A stretch of 61,366 bases of DNA, filler included, from Dugesia japonica (taxonomy: Eukaryota): NCBI GenBank assembly GCA_001938525.1. It is 6 parts of 6 records of this genome, joined end to end, with 100 filler letters (N's around TTAATTAATTAA, not from the genome) between each part and the next. Parts side by side here need not be neighbours in the genome. Positions count along the whole stretch, not along the records: positions 1 to 11,306 come from MQRL01578509.1; positions 11,407 to 21,150 come from MQRL01498290.1; 4 more parts are not named here. One strand, 5' to 3'. Below are positions 1 through 11,926 of this stretch, in pieces (position 1 is the first letter of the stretch; each line of letters opens with the position of its first letter). The translations under genes were made by a program, and so were the position numbers. Under the pieces are notes generated by a model. The model saw nothing but the letters and a program-made list of their open reading frames with translations, was not told the DNA's origin and ran no database searches.

Positions 1-2289
1 ATTCTTCAAGTAGTTACTAAATAAAAATTTCAAATAAATTCATAACGTTAGATTATTTGATTGAATTAGAGTTTTATTTATTTCGAGTCAAAATTTAAAG
101 TTTAATTTAATTGATGTCTTATCAATTATTTAAAATAAAATAAAATAAATAAATTTTTACATGTTTTCATTTGTCATAAAATTTCTATTAAACACAGTTA
201 AATTTATTATATTATTTACATAAAAGCAATTTAAATTAATCATATTAATTTCATAAAACCATATAAATTTAAATAAGTAAAAAGATTAAAAACTAAAGAT
301 TAAATAAATAAAATTTTGATATATTTTGACGGATCAATATCAGACAAAAATGAAAAATAATGAGTTTATTCAGTCGGTATTATTTAAACAAAGATTCAAC
401 CAATTATACTGATCATAAGATGGCTATAATCATAATTTTTAAAAATTTTTAATTGTCTATCAAATGGTATAGGTTTCAATACAAAATATTTCAAAATGGC
501 AGCTGTGTCGGCTTATTCAATTCTCAATTTTTATTAACTTTTTCTCCATGCGTCACTTAAAAATAGTAAATAGACCATCCAATAAAGCATTTGTTGCAAT
601 AGAATATTTTTACTTCAATGTGGCCTCAAAGAATCATTTTCTTTTTACCACGATTTTTATGGGAAAGAAATATTTTACGATACAAGTTTACGAGAGAATC
701 CTATCTTACGTTTTAATTTTCTATATAAGTTTAAAATTTAATAATATTGTTAAAAGTGGAGGTTTTTCTTTGTTCTATTGGGTTTNNNNNNNNNNNNNNN
801 NNNNNNNNNNNNNNNNNNNNNNNNNNNNNNNNNNNNNNNNNNNNNNNNNNNTCTCTATCGAATGGTATAGGTGTCAAAGCTACATGTTTCACAATGGCTG
901 GTGTTTAACGGCTTTATTTTTAAATCTTTTTACTAATTTTTCTGACTAGAAATTTAACTAAATCATATTTTTTGTCTTCCTATTCAGCATCTAATGATAC
1001 TAACGTTGTATTGATGAGATCAAAATTACACACTAGGTCTGAAAAACTCAAAAATATATTTTAACATTTATTGATTTCAACAATGACTCATCATTCCTTT
1101 GATGAATCTGAATGGCTCATTATGCATTATTCATTTAGGCAAATCATCATATATGACTCAGGACCATAGGAAGATCTTCGTTATCATAGTGTTCTTTTTT
1201 ATCCAACACATTATGACACATACATGGTGACTCATATAAGGTATTACTCATTGCAAACTGGTACCGTGTATAACTTATGGAGTTGATTCAAATTCAGGAC
1301 TCATATTTTCGAACAAAGAATCTATGTCTAGGATGTGAGGTCCATTTTTTTCTACTGACTCTCGGTTAAAAGTCATTTTTTTCCATGATACTAGTTCTTT
1401 AATCTATGTATAGATAGTATTTAATTGTTTATCAAATGCCACAGGTTTCAAAACAATATCCTTAAAAATGGCGGCTTTAATAACCTTTTATCCTGTTGCC
1501 CGATTGTAAATTTAACCACATCTAATTGTTCGTATTTCTTAGCGCATACAATGACACTAAGAGAGAGAGAGAATTGAAAGCATTAAAATTTCTTTTTCTA
1601 AATTTGTTGGGCTAGAACTTAGAGGAAGCGTGAAAAGTAAGAGACATGAGCCTGAGCAACAGATGAGCTTGAATAAGAAAATTCTAAGACATGTTTAAAA
1701 CCGCAAAGAAATTATGGGAGCTCGAGAGACAAACGAACAGAGAAAAGCGAGTGATGGCCCATGATATTTGTATGTTTGATGATGGTCAATTCCAATTGTT
1801 AATCTCTTCAGAATTTTCTAATTCTGTTTTTTGCTTATTTTTCTGTTTTTATTTGATGCAATTATTTTTTTGTATTTATCTAAAACTCTGATTTTAAGTC
1901 GTACTCGTTGAATACTAGTTCTATTCTTTGTTTTTTTGTTCGGTTCGTTGATGTTTGTTTTGTGTTTCTCAATTTTTTTGCTTTACAATTACATTTTTAT
2001 TTGACTTTTGCTGAAAATATTGCTGATTGATTTTTATAGTTTTTCGTAAACTGATTTAATTTATTCTGTGCGTCTACCAATCATGTCCCTCCATGATTTA
2101 CCTGGAAGCCCTGTAAGCGACTTCTTCGTGGCATTGGTAAATTTTATTGAAAGAGTGTGTTTAATTTTTGTACAATTATTTTTATTTATAATAGTTTGTT
2201 TTTGCACATTGAATATAAAAAACCAGATGTAATAATAAAATAGTTATTTTCTACTCTTAAAATTAATTGAATAAATACTGAAAATAAAC

Positions 2290-2709
2290 CTTTTTGCATC
2301 TATGCTGAATGGCAGCAACCAGATGATCCTGTAAATTTTTCCCAACATTGGGAACATGTTCTACAACTTTTATCGATTGAGTTTTCAATTGATTTCCATC
2401 ACCAACTCCACTGAGCATCAATAATTGAGGACTTTTGATAGAGCCTCCACATAATATTACCTCTTTATTTGTCATTATCTAACTAATTTAGTAAAATATT
2501 TAATATACAATAATAACCTTTTCTAATTGCTTTCTATTATTTAATACTTCAACACCAATTGCTCGTTTACCTTCAAATAATATTTTCGTAACTAGAACAC
2601 CAGTTGTTACTTTGAGATTATTATTATTCATTGCAGGTTTCAAAAAAGCTTTTGCTGCAGACCATCGTTCACCATTGTGAGTAGTACAATCAAATTCACC
2701 GATTCCTTC
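2290..2709 (-). CDS. Host GMC oxidoreductase (choline dehydrogenase-like), two internal exons (2518-2709, 2290-2478)
   Basis: The exons translate without stops as EGIGEFDCTTHNGERWSAAKAFLKPA...VTKILFEGKRAIGVE and KEVILCGGSIKSPQLLMLSGVG...PNVGKNLQDH, which are GMC motifs. They are joined by a 39-nt GT-AG intron (2479-2517), with an acceptor at 2710-2711 and a donor at 2288-2289. Confidence 0.92.
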
Positions 2710-2818
2710 CTATATAACATTGTAAAATGCAATATTATTTATAATATCAAAAATTTTAAAACAATAAAATTAAAAACCTTATGTTTCATTAAATTAGTTA
2801 CACTAAAACTTGTTTTTG

Positions 2819-3306
2819 CAGAGGCGTAGCTAGTGTGTTTGGCGCCCAGGGACAAGATTCATATTTTGCGCCCCCACTGAAAAATTAAGAGTCATCCAAT
2901 GTAACTGCTACTAAAGTAAAGACTAAAAAAGAAACTGATGCAGACGAAACATNNNNNNNNNNNNNNNNNNNNNNNNNNNNNNNNNNNNNNNNNNNNNNNN
3001 NNNNNNNNNNNNNNNNNNNNNNNNNNNNNNNNNNNNNNNNNNTAAGTCCAACAATTATTCTCACAATAATTGTAATTATAAAATTCTATAGACTAGGTTT
3101 AGCAATATTAAATTCAAACAATAAAATTGATAGTTCATAACAAAAAGTTGACTGCAAGAGAGTGACGAACCTTCAATCTTGATAAATATCATATTAAAAC
3201 GATACATAAAATACACAATATAAATATTTCAAACCCCATTTTGGCGCCCCCTGGTCTGGCGCCTTAAGACACTTAACCTCCATGCCCCCTCCTAGCTACG
3301 CTTCTG
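2819..3306. mobile_element. Non-autonomous hAT-type element (MITE)
   Basis: TIRs CAGAGGCGTAGCTAG ... CTAGCTACGCTTCTG. Flanking 8-mers TGTTTTTG / TTTTTTTG match 7/8, consistent with an 8-bp TSD. Confidence 0.75.
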
Positions 3307-4490
3307 TTTTTTTGTGGTTTATGAATACATGAAATTTTCATATACCGCACAAAAACAGGTTTGAGTGTAATTAATTGATTGCTTTATATCTTAAAGTAGA
3401 TGTTTACTTTTTATAATTCAACAAACGACAGTATAAAATAAAAAGCAAACATGATATACTTAGAAAACATACATGTAAAGACATGGAAATTATATCAGCT
3501 ACTTTCTGTTAACAACATTTATTAGTAAAATACGATATTTCTTTCTCCATTCAGTGACGTAAAATACTCGATAGGTGTAAGAAGAAATACAGAAAAAAAA
3601 ATACAGAGAATAATTTTTGAACTATTGATCATAATTTCATTTTCTTTTTTGTATTATATGAAATAACTTGTCGGTTTCATTAAAATATATAGACTTACAA
3701 ATATAACTAAATAAAAAATAAACTTATTTGCTGACTATTGTACAAGTTATGTTCAAATAAATACATAATTTTTAAACCTTTTATACACAAATCATAATAT
3801 GTTTGCTAAAACACAGCAACTTCATACAAAATATGTACTGATTTCGTTAAGTTATATACAAATCTACATAAATATTATATGTAATTTATCAAATTCATAG
3901 AAACATTTACAATTATTTCATATAAATATACTACATTTCGAGAAAATTTGGACCAATTTCATTATCTCATTTAAAATTACATGACAAATATATACAATCT
4001 TTATAATTTTTCATGAGTAATAAATTACATATAAAGTAATGAGACATACACAAACCTTATTACATCATAAAAATATGGTTTTCATTAAAATATGCAGCAA
4101 CTTATTGAGAATATACCAACATTTATGAAGTAATTTATCAGTTTCATTAAAATTATTAAATTTGGTTTTCGTATCCATATCATTTTACATAGTATTGTTT
4201 ATTCTTTCAGTTCCCTGTGATTAAAATAGAACAAATCTTGAAAATCTATTGAATACAACGATAAAAGACAAAAATATACTTGTAAAATTTATTAATCTTC
4301 AAATATGGAATCATTTCCATTAGATAAATTTACAATAGATCATCAATACCATGTCACTTATATGCTCTTGTTGGAAATCCTTTCAACATTGACTTGTTCA
4401 GACTGTACACTAGATGATCAGATAACCACTTTTTCGTCTTTCTTTTAGTTTTCTTTAACTGCTTTCATCAATTTTTCTACGTATCAACAT

Positions 4491-4585
4491 GAAAACTAGT
4501 AATACTAGGGCTTAAAAATTTGAATTTTCAAGGATATCTGAATAACATTACTTCAGATTTCTTTAATTTGCTTGAAAAAATTTAG
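4491..4585 (+). pseudogene. 3' end of Polinton TBP-like gene (5'-truncated)
   Basis: Translates KLVILGLKNLNFQGYLNNITSDFFNLLEKI*. DNA is near-identical to the reverse complement of 36341-36436, the end of the full TBP-like copy. Confidence 0.75.
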
Positions 4586-4695
4586 AAAATTCGCATGTTC
4601 AAATAATTAATATATTACGTTGTGGTTTTTTATTATGTATATATATATATATATATATATATTGTGTTTCGTTATTATTTCTTGTAAAATTAAAA

Positions 4696-4996
4696 ATGAA
4701 TTCATAAAATATTAAAGAAATACAAGAAAAATTCATGAAAACAGGTTGACTATTTATTAATTTGTAATTGTTTTTTAATTTTATATTTAGGAATGCTTGT
4801 TAATATATGTGAAGAACGTAGGATCCTAGACGAAGAAAGACAATTGTTCCTTCCGGAAGTAATGGAAAATCAGTATATGGCAGCTGATTTTTTCGCACCT
4901 GATTGTTTCGGGTGTGCAAAGTTTAATCTTATAATTGCTATGGAGAAGCATCTGGCTGAAATGAATGAATATATTGACCAATTTTGTTACCAATGA
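4696..4996 (+). pseudogene. Cassette gene A (small Cys-containing orphan), two exons
   Basis: ATG at 4696 with a stop at codon 4. 46-nt GT-AG intron at 4745-4790. Exon 2 reads MLVNICEERRILDEERQ...FAPDCFGCAKFNL. Homologue at 35718-36198. Confidence 0.75.
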
Positions 4997-5176
4997 TTTT
5001 TATTTTGTTAAACAAATAAATGTATTGTTATTTAGTTTTATGATTTATTTTTTCTTGATTAGTTTTTTATTTAGTTTTTTCAAATAATGTATTTAAAAAT
5101 TATTATTTAAAGAAAAATAAACAAGATTTATTTCATTAAAAAATAACACCAAGTAAACATTAAGTTCTATAAAAAT

Positions 5177-5611
5177 TTAGATCTGGTTTTCGATGTTTTT
5201 GACTTTCCATATAACTCCTACCGAAATAATTCATTTCTTGAAGTCTTTAATATCCCCTCGAATCATATATTGACTGTCATCTTCATATTGGTTCTCGTAT
5301 CTTTCTTTAAAACTTATACAAATAGCTTCACTGGCTTCAATTTGTCTGCTTAATCTTGCAAACAGAATTTCCAGAATATTCCTATCCTTCTCATGAATTC
5401 CAGATAGAAGAAAACTAAATTTGGATCTTTTTATTGAAACTGGTTTCTAAAATAAAATATTAATTTATAACATTTAATAAAAAAATACTTTGAAGTCATA
5501 GATAATCGGTGTCCTCAAAAAGAACAACTTGTAATTGTGGAAATCAGTAATTTCCCCTAGTTCCACAGTTATTGTTGATACGTTTTCCTTAGTTAGTTGG
5601 TTTTCTTGCAT
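5177..5611 (-). pseudogene. Cassette gene B (~130-aa orphan), two exons
   Basis: MQENQLTKENVSTITVELG...IIYDFK | 42-nt intron 5447-5488 | KPVSIKRS...GIHEKDRNILE...SVGVIWKVKNIENQI*. One internal TGA. Homologues at 33590-34025 and 49370-49806. Confidence 0.8.
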
Positions 5612-5887
5612 TTTTGAAAAAGTGATAACTTTCATGTAAACATTTGCTTATATACTAGTTGTGATACACACATTCTCATTATTTGTGAGTTCCTATTAGT
5701 TAATATTTGCTACAATTGATATGATTTATTAATATTTCTTTTAACTGTTGCAATTAGGTAATGTTTGCTAAAATTGATATGATTCGATAATTATCGTTTT
5801 AATAGTTATGATTGGTTACCAGGTTTATATAAATAGAACCTGTTTTTAAAATTAAATTCACTTTTACAAAAGATTCCTTTTAATACT
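5612..5887. promoter_or_regulatory. Putative bidirectional TATA/Inr promoter between genes B and C
   Basis: TATATAAG on the minus strand (~5647-5654), TATATAAATAG on the plus strand (~5826-5836), TCACTTTT Inr-like motifs ~25-30 nt downstream of each, and an ATTGG box. The layout is conserved at 34026-34230 and 49807-50050. Confidence 0.55.
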
Positions 5888-6437
5888 TTGGTAAATTGTT
5901 TTGAAAATCTCGATCAACATGGAAGAGATCTTGAATATATTGCTAACCAGGAAGTCATTGATAACGGAACCATGCATATTAATGAAGAAGAAATAAAAAA
6001 GCAAACAATCATTCAAGATGAACAAATACCGGATGATGAAAAGATGGAAAATACATTTCATGATGAAGATGAAGATGATTGTTATACTGAAATTGGAGAC
6101 AAAAATTATNNNNNNNNNNNNNNNNNNNNNNNAAAATTATGATGGTAAGAGTTTAATTTATTATTATTTTATTTAATTTTCTTTTTCAGAATTACTGTTG
6201 GAGATATTACATGAAGGGTTTCCAGAATTTCTTCATGAATATATGCTGTTGATGATGAATGAATATTTTAATCATTTATTGCAGACAACAGCAATAGACA
6301 TGAATATATTTTTGAACAATTTCATTATGGAACTTCAATCGGATTTTCCTTTCAATGAAAACAAGAATCATTATAAAATCTTAAAAGAAATAATTTTGAA
6401 AATAACTGAAGAATATGAGAAAGAAATGTTGTATTAA
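5888..6437 (+). CDS. Cassette gene C (acidic N-terminus plus helical C-terminal domain), two exons; start uncertain
   Basis: Acidic exon 1, a 45-nt phase-1 intron at 6145-6189 (GTAAGA...TTTTCAG), and exon 2 ELLLEILHEGFPE...QTTAIDMN...HYKILKEIIL. Three further homologues occur in the window. Confidence 0.72.
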
Positions 6438-6779
6438 TAAACGTTATATTAATAAATGTTTCATTGGATAATTGTTTTCTTTTATTTTTTTTATAATTAG
6501 TAAATAATTTTATTTAAATACTATGTAAACAAAAAACAATATTTTGAATAAATGAATGTATGACAATTAATTTCATGAACATACATTTTGCATGGTGAGC
6601 TCTTATTACANNNNNNNNNNNNNNNNNNNNNNNNNNNNNNNNNNNNNNNNNNNNNNNNNNNNNNNNNNNNNNNNNNNNNNNNNNNNNNNNNNTTTGCTAT
6701 TTAAAAAATACAAGGTAACTACGCAAATAATACACTCATTAATCTTATTTAATCATAAAAATATTTTCTTATAAGTTTT

Positions 6780-7905
6780 TATATAGACTTATAAGTTATA
6801 TGTGGAAAGGTTCTATGAATTTATGATTTTTATAAAATAAATTTCACTACTAATATGTTTTTATGAAACATTACATTACTACAAGAAAATTTCATCAACA
6901 ATATGTTTTTTATAGAAAATTGTGACTAGTAGAAATTTGTGACCAGGTTTTTATAGAAAATTACCTAGCTACTATTTTTTTATGAAAACATTTCTGTTTT
7001 TATCATCTTGTAAAGATAAGTTTTAATTTGAATATTTTATCATTTAAATATCACAAAAACTCCCCTCTTTNNTTATTTTTAATAGTTATATTTTATCATG
7101 TAAATATCACATCATTCCCTCTTTGATTATTTTTAATAGTTATATCTTATCATGTTAATTAAATTTAAATTTTAGACTGCCCAATTTCTTGCAATAATAT
7201 CAAGACTGACAAATATCTTGTAATAATATCAAGACTTCAAAAAAAATCAATACTGACCAATCTATTGCAAAAATATCAAGACTGACCCGTATACTAAAAA
7301 ATATAAAGACTACCTCAATGTTTTTAAATAATGAAATAAAAAATTCTTTCACAATCGACATACAAAATCTCCTCCATCACATTACCTTTCAAGCAACCCA
7401 TCAACCACCAAAGTACAACAACCCCCTACAAGCATACACCCTCCCAAAAATCCCTGCACGAAAACTTATACGCCTGTGACAGTGCGCTACTACACTTCTA
7501 GGACAAACCATCCATCCCACCTCATAAGTTTTTTATACAATATATAGACCGAATTTTCGTCCAACCACAACCAAATATTAAAAACAACCAAAAAGTTATT
7601 TCCAAGATCTCCACACCTCCCTCGAGTCCAAATTCACTCTTTCACACACACAGACTTTCACACAAACTCAACTTGACCTACTTTAAATTAACCCCCTTAA
7701 CAACCCAAGCACACACAAATTTTAAAAATTTAAAATACACACATACAACCAGGATAAAAAAAGTGATCCGATCAAAAAAAAAGTGATCCCAAAAATCTTT
7801 AAAAAAAAGTATCACAATCGTAAGCAGTTGTCCACCCCCCCTCACCCCCGGTGGGAAGAGAGGTAAGAAAAATAAATTGTGACAGTCCGCTACTATCTAC
7901 CTACT
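6780..7905. mobile_element. Polinton subterminal repeats and right terminus
   Basis: Short degenerate tandem repeats. 7330-7810 matches the reverse complement of ~31500-32050. A C-tract precedes the end CCGCTACTATCTACCTACT (5'-AGTAG on the other strand). Confidence 0.65.
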
Positions 7906-8314
7906 AATTTCATAAGAATATACTTCTGAAACTTACTTGCTTTATACACAAAGTTTTAAAATGTATACTAAATCATGCAAAATATGTACTATATTCATAN
8001 NNNNNNNNNNNNNNNNNNNNNNNNNNNNNNNNNNNNNAATAAAACTAAATAAATCGATACTAGTCCTTAAATCAATATACAGATAGTTTTTAATTCTCTA
8101 TTTAATTATATCAAGAAATTTATAGCTGTAATGGAAATACTTGTCTGTATAGGTTTTTGATAATCATTGATTTTAATATTGATTTGTCGATTTTATAAAT
8201 ATCTTAGAAATATCAGTCATCACATTATCTATCCAACAATACCTTGCTTTACTCAGTCGGATAAGAATTACAAAAACCTTAGGACAATTTTACATAAAAT
8301 ATTACATAATTAAT

Positions 8315-8472
8315 TCATTAAAATAAAGGTTTCGATCAAATGTTTTTTGGTTTTTAATAATAATTATCTATTTCGACTTTGTCTTCGCCAGGAATTGACT
8401 TTTGAATTGACATATAAAATTATTATCAAAAACCGAAAAAACAATTTTGATCGAAGCCTTTTATTTTAATGA
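8315..8472 (-). repeat. Penelope-type terminal repeat with mutated hammerhead core, folded as an inverted repeat
   Basis: Minus strand AATTC-CTGGCGA-AGACAAAGTC-GAAA at 8362-8396 (A6 changed to G). Arms 8315-8365 and 8418-8472 are inverted copies. Confidence 0.6.
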
Positions 8473-9269
8473 TTTCGGAAAATGGTTACTTTCAACAATT
8501 ATTCTCGCAATAATTGTAATTGAGTTAATTAAAACAATAATATAGTAAAAATATGATAAAAATAAAAATATGAGATTGTATCATGAAAATAAAATAAATC
8601 GACAATAGTCCTTTAGACAATGTATAGGTAGTTTTTAATTCCTTATCAAATGGTGTCAAATTCTAGAACTCTGTGATAGAAAAAGTTTGCTGTAGACGTT
8701 TTTAAAATCTTTCTAAAACAGATGTTGCCAATTATTGATTAGAGTATTGATTTTCTTGACTTTGAAAATATTACAGTAATATGTGTCATTTTATTACACA
8801 TTTATCAATACCAATTTTGACCCAATCGGACTAAAACTATAGGAACTGGAACACTTTTTTTGNNAATATGCGATAACTCATCAGGTGAGGCAGTTCTGTG
8901 CTACCCTTTATATCGAGAACGAAGCACTTTACACCAAAAGTCTGTTAGGCAATGTATAGATAAAATTTGATCCTACGTCGTTAGCAATGGTTTCGATTTC
9001 AAAAGTGAAAATCGACACAGTGCCGTTGAATGCTAAAAGTGTTTTTCGTGAATATCGATTAGCACATTTAAATGAAAATAGCAAAAAAAATGTGCAAGTG
9101 TACATTCCTCGTGTTTAGATACCAAATTTGATTCTATCAAAGAAATTGCAACCTGGTTTTAAAAATATTTTAAAAATTTTTTCGATCCTATTTTAAATGT
9201 TTTTAACCAATAAAACAAAAAATTATTTCCATCACGAAAATATATATCCTCATCTGTTACTTCTTTTCG

Positions 9270-9318
9270 CAAGAGGGGAGGGGAGGGGATTGAGTTAGTG
9301 CTGCCCTATCTACCTACT
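9270..9318. mobile_element. Isolated Polinton-type terminus
   Basis: G-tract followed by CCCTATCTACCTACT, the same terminal motif as 7905 and 52054. Confidence 0.5.
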
Positions 9319-9419
9319 GTTATCCAAATTTTTGATAATCTAAAAAAACACCTATTTAAATGCATCAGTGTATATAAAATAAACTTACAAATAAACTTAA
9401 TTTTCACGTTGCCGGCCAT

Positions 9420-10500
9420 TTTAACTAAACTGATTCACCTAACAGCAATTTGACTAAAACTCAATTCGACTAAAACAATTCAACTAGATAGCAAATGAAC
9501 TTTAAATTGCAATATATTTTAATGATTTAATTTTTTAAAAATGGAATACAAAATTTTGAAAACAGAAAAAGGCAAAGATAGTTTATTGTTATATGAGCTC
9601 GTGTTTTACTAAAATGGTGAAGGTTCAATTACAAAAGCATATTGGAAATGTTCTAATTATTACACAACTAATTGCTGTGCACGAATTAGCATTGGTAATA
9701 AAATGATTTTTAACCAATCATCTGAAAATATTTTTAATTTCTTTTGAAGTAAATGTTTTTGGAACTCTTCGACTAGAGAGAGTACGTAGGGATGCAAGAC
9801 TGCAAAAAGAATTGTAGAATTCTTACAAAGAAGCTCTACATAAAAGATAAAACAAATAATATTTCAACACTGCATTAAAAAAAAATAATGAATATTTGTA
9901 ATCCAGATGTATGTAACTAATCGAAAAACATAAAAAAACAGGATGAAATGAAAATTTAAATGAAATACTATAATGAAAAGATATACTATAAGATACACAT
10001 GTATATACATATATTCTAAGACGAATGGGTGTAGTTATTATCGTGTTAATTACGTTTGTCGTGTACTTATTTTAATAATACATTTTTACCATTTAAAAGC
10101 ATGCATTATATTATAAAATAAAGGAGATGAGGCACCAAGATTCGATTCATTTTTAATGGATGCGTAGTAACAAAAAGTTTGAAAATTCCTGACCTAATGA
10201 ATTTTATTTATGAATTTAGTTATTCCTTTATTTTTTGTAGATCTATTGATTTCTTCAAATAAATGATGCTAACTTAATAGAAAATTTGTATGTTTTTCAG
10301 ACTTCATTATTATGCACAATTTTCAACAGTTGACAACGTTTTCATAAAACAAATTTCCTATTTAATAGAGAATTATTTCAGTTTATAACTATGATGAAAA
10401 ATCGAATTTTTTTAAAGCACTTAGGACCTGATTTTCTTTTGTCAGAGAATTTTTGTTTAAAGAACGCGTAATATGCTAGGCAGGTTTTTGATTTCTTTGT
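9420..10500 (+). mobile_element. Decayed MULE-like transposon (FLYWCH zinc-finger N-terminus)
   Basis: 9541-9700 translates MEYKILKTEKGKDSLLLYELVFY*...KAYWKCSNYYTTNCCARI, a FLYWCH pattern. Short ACTAAAAC repeats lie upstream. The 3' extent is uncertain. Confidence 0.55.
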
Positions 10501-10547
10501 GATTGCAAGATTATTTTGACTTATTTTGATTTAATTATTTTGTTATA

Positions 10548-11240
10548 CAGGTAAAACTCGATATGACGTCTTTGGATTAGACGTATTCCTCGATATAACG
10601 TACGGTTTTGCCTGTAAATTGTACGGTACAAATTATTTTCCATATTAAAATGTGAAATTTCTCGATATTATGTACATCTCGATAAAATGTATGTTGTTCC
10701 GGATAATTTTAGAATTTTTTTAAAAAAATTGGTTTTAATATTATTTTTTTTTAATAAAAATAAACAAAAAATATAATTTTCAAAATCTATTTTCAATATG
10801 CTACGAAATGAAAGAAAAACAAAATTGTTTCGAAGATAATTGAATATAAGAAAAATCATCCAAACTCAGTATATGAAAATATTTCAGTAAGGAATATCAA
10901 GTATATCTACAATAATTTATTGATTTTAACTCTAGTATAAAGACTACTGAAAAATTAATAGTTGAAGAAATAATTTCAATGGTTAGAGAAAAAAAATGAT
11001 TTGTCATCTGAATCTGGGAAAGAAAACGAAGATATGCCCATTGCTCGAAAAACTATTTGTCCAACAGTGTGTCAGTTAAATTAAGCATTGGATACTATTA
11101 ATAGATTCTCAATGTTTTTGTCAAAGCAGTACCTAGAAATATCAACAAATTTTTTTCTATCCTTTCAAAGCACCATTCAAAATTCATTGAAACTAACAAG
11201 AAAACAAACTTCAATAATATACTTTTTAAAAAAATAAAAT
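10548..11240 (+). mobile_element. pogo/Tigger-like transposon remnant
   Basis: TA-CAGGTAAAACTCGATATGACG TIR-like start with repeated CTCGATAT. Degraded transposase tail ...EEIISMV...ALDTINRF...KQTSIIYF. Confidence 0.55.
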
Positions 11241-11306
11241 TTTTTATCTCAGAGTGTTTTTATTCATTACTAATGTGCTTTTAACGTGAAAATTATATAC
11301 AGTATT

Positions 11307-11406
11307 NNNNNNNNNNNNNNNNNNNNNNNNNNNNNNNNNNNNNNNNNNNNTTAATTAATTAANNNNNNNNNNNNNNNNNNNNNNNNNNNNNNNNNNNNNN
11401 NNNNNN
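11307..11406. other. Artificial contig spacer
   Basis: N44-TTAATTAATTAA-N44 (stops in all six frames), exactly 100 nt. Confidence 0.95.
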
Positions 11407-11469
11407 CATAATTTTTCTTAATAATTAATTTGGTTGATTTAAACAAATTTCCACATATTTTTTGATTTT

Positions 11470-11891
11470 TTTGATAATTTTATGATGATCCAATGTTCCA
11501 CTTTTCCACTGGCAAAAACATTGAGACATAATGGCTTGTATTTGTTGACTCGTAATTATGGAAATAATTCTGGTTCGAACCATCAATCTAATACACTGCT
11601 CCATCTATATAAATTTACTCCCCGTCCAAGATCACATGTTACAGTAATTGATTGAATACCATCTATTTGGATATTGATATTTTTGCAAGTAATTGGTTTA
11701 TACGTGATTGGTTTTTTGCATCCCATGATTTGACATTTTCTCTATTCAAAAATAATTATTGAATAATCTTTTATTTTCTTTACACACTGTCAGGGTTTCT
11801 TCCAGGTATTTACTTGGAGATCTGAAGGTGAATCAATTAGATGATAAATTAATATTTGATAACATTGTTTGACAAATGAGCAATATTCATG
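11470..11891 (-). pseudogene. Polinton-encoded TBP-like protein
   Basis: Pieces across frameshifts: LSNINLSS, DYSIIIF..KCQIMGCKKP, IQSITVTCDLG.VNLY, WFEPELFP*LRVNKYKPLCLNVFASGKV. These match the TBP second-repeat motifs YEPELFP and IFxSGK. Confidence 0.78.
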
Positions 11892-11926
11892 AGCTTATAT
11901 ACTTTTTTTGTATAAAAAACCATTTC

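Noticed and set aside
548-1891. ORFs 548-949 and 1691-1891, and other short ORFs that span N runs or lie antisense to identified genes
   Set aside because: No recognisable motifs. They are explained by N read-through, low complexity or shadow frames.
8865-8890. CTGATGA on the minus strand as another hammerhead
   Set aside because: No GAAA follows the putative stem II.
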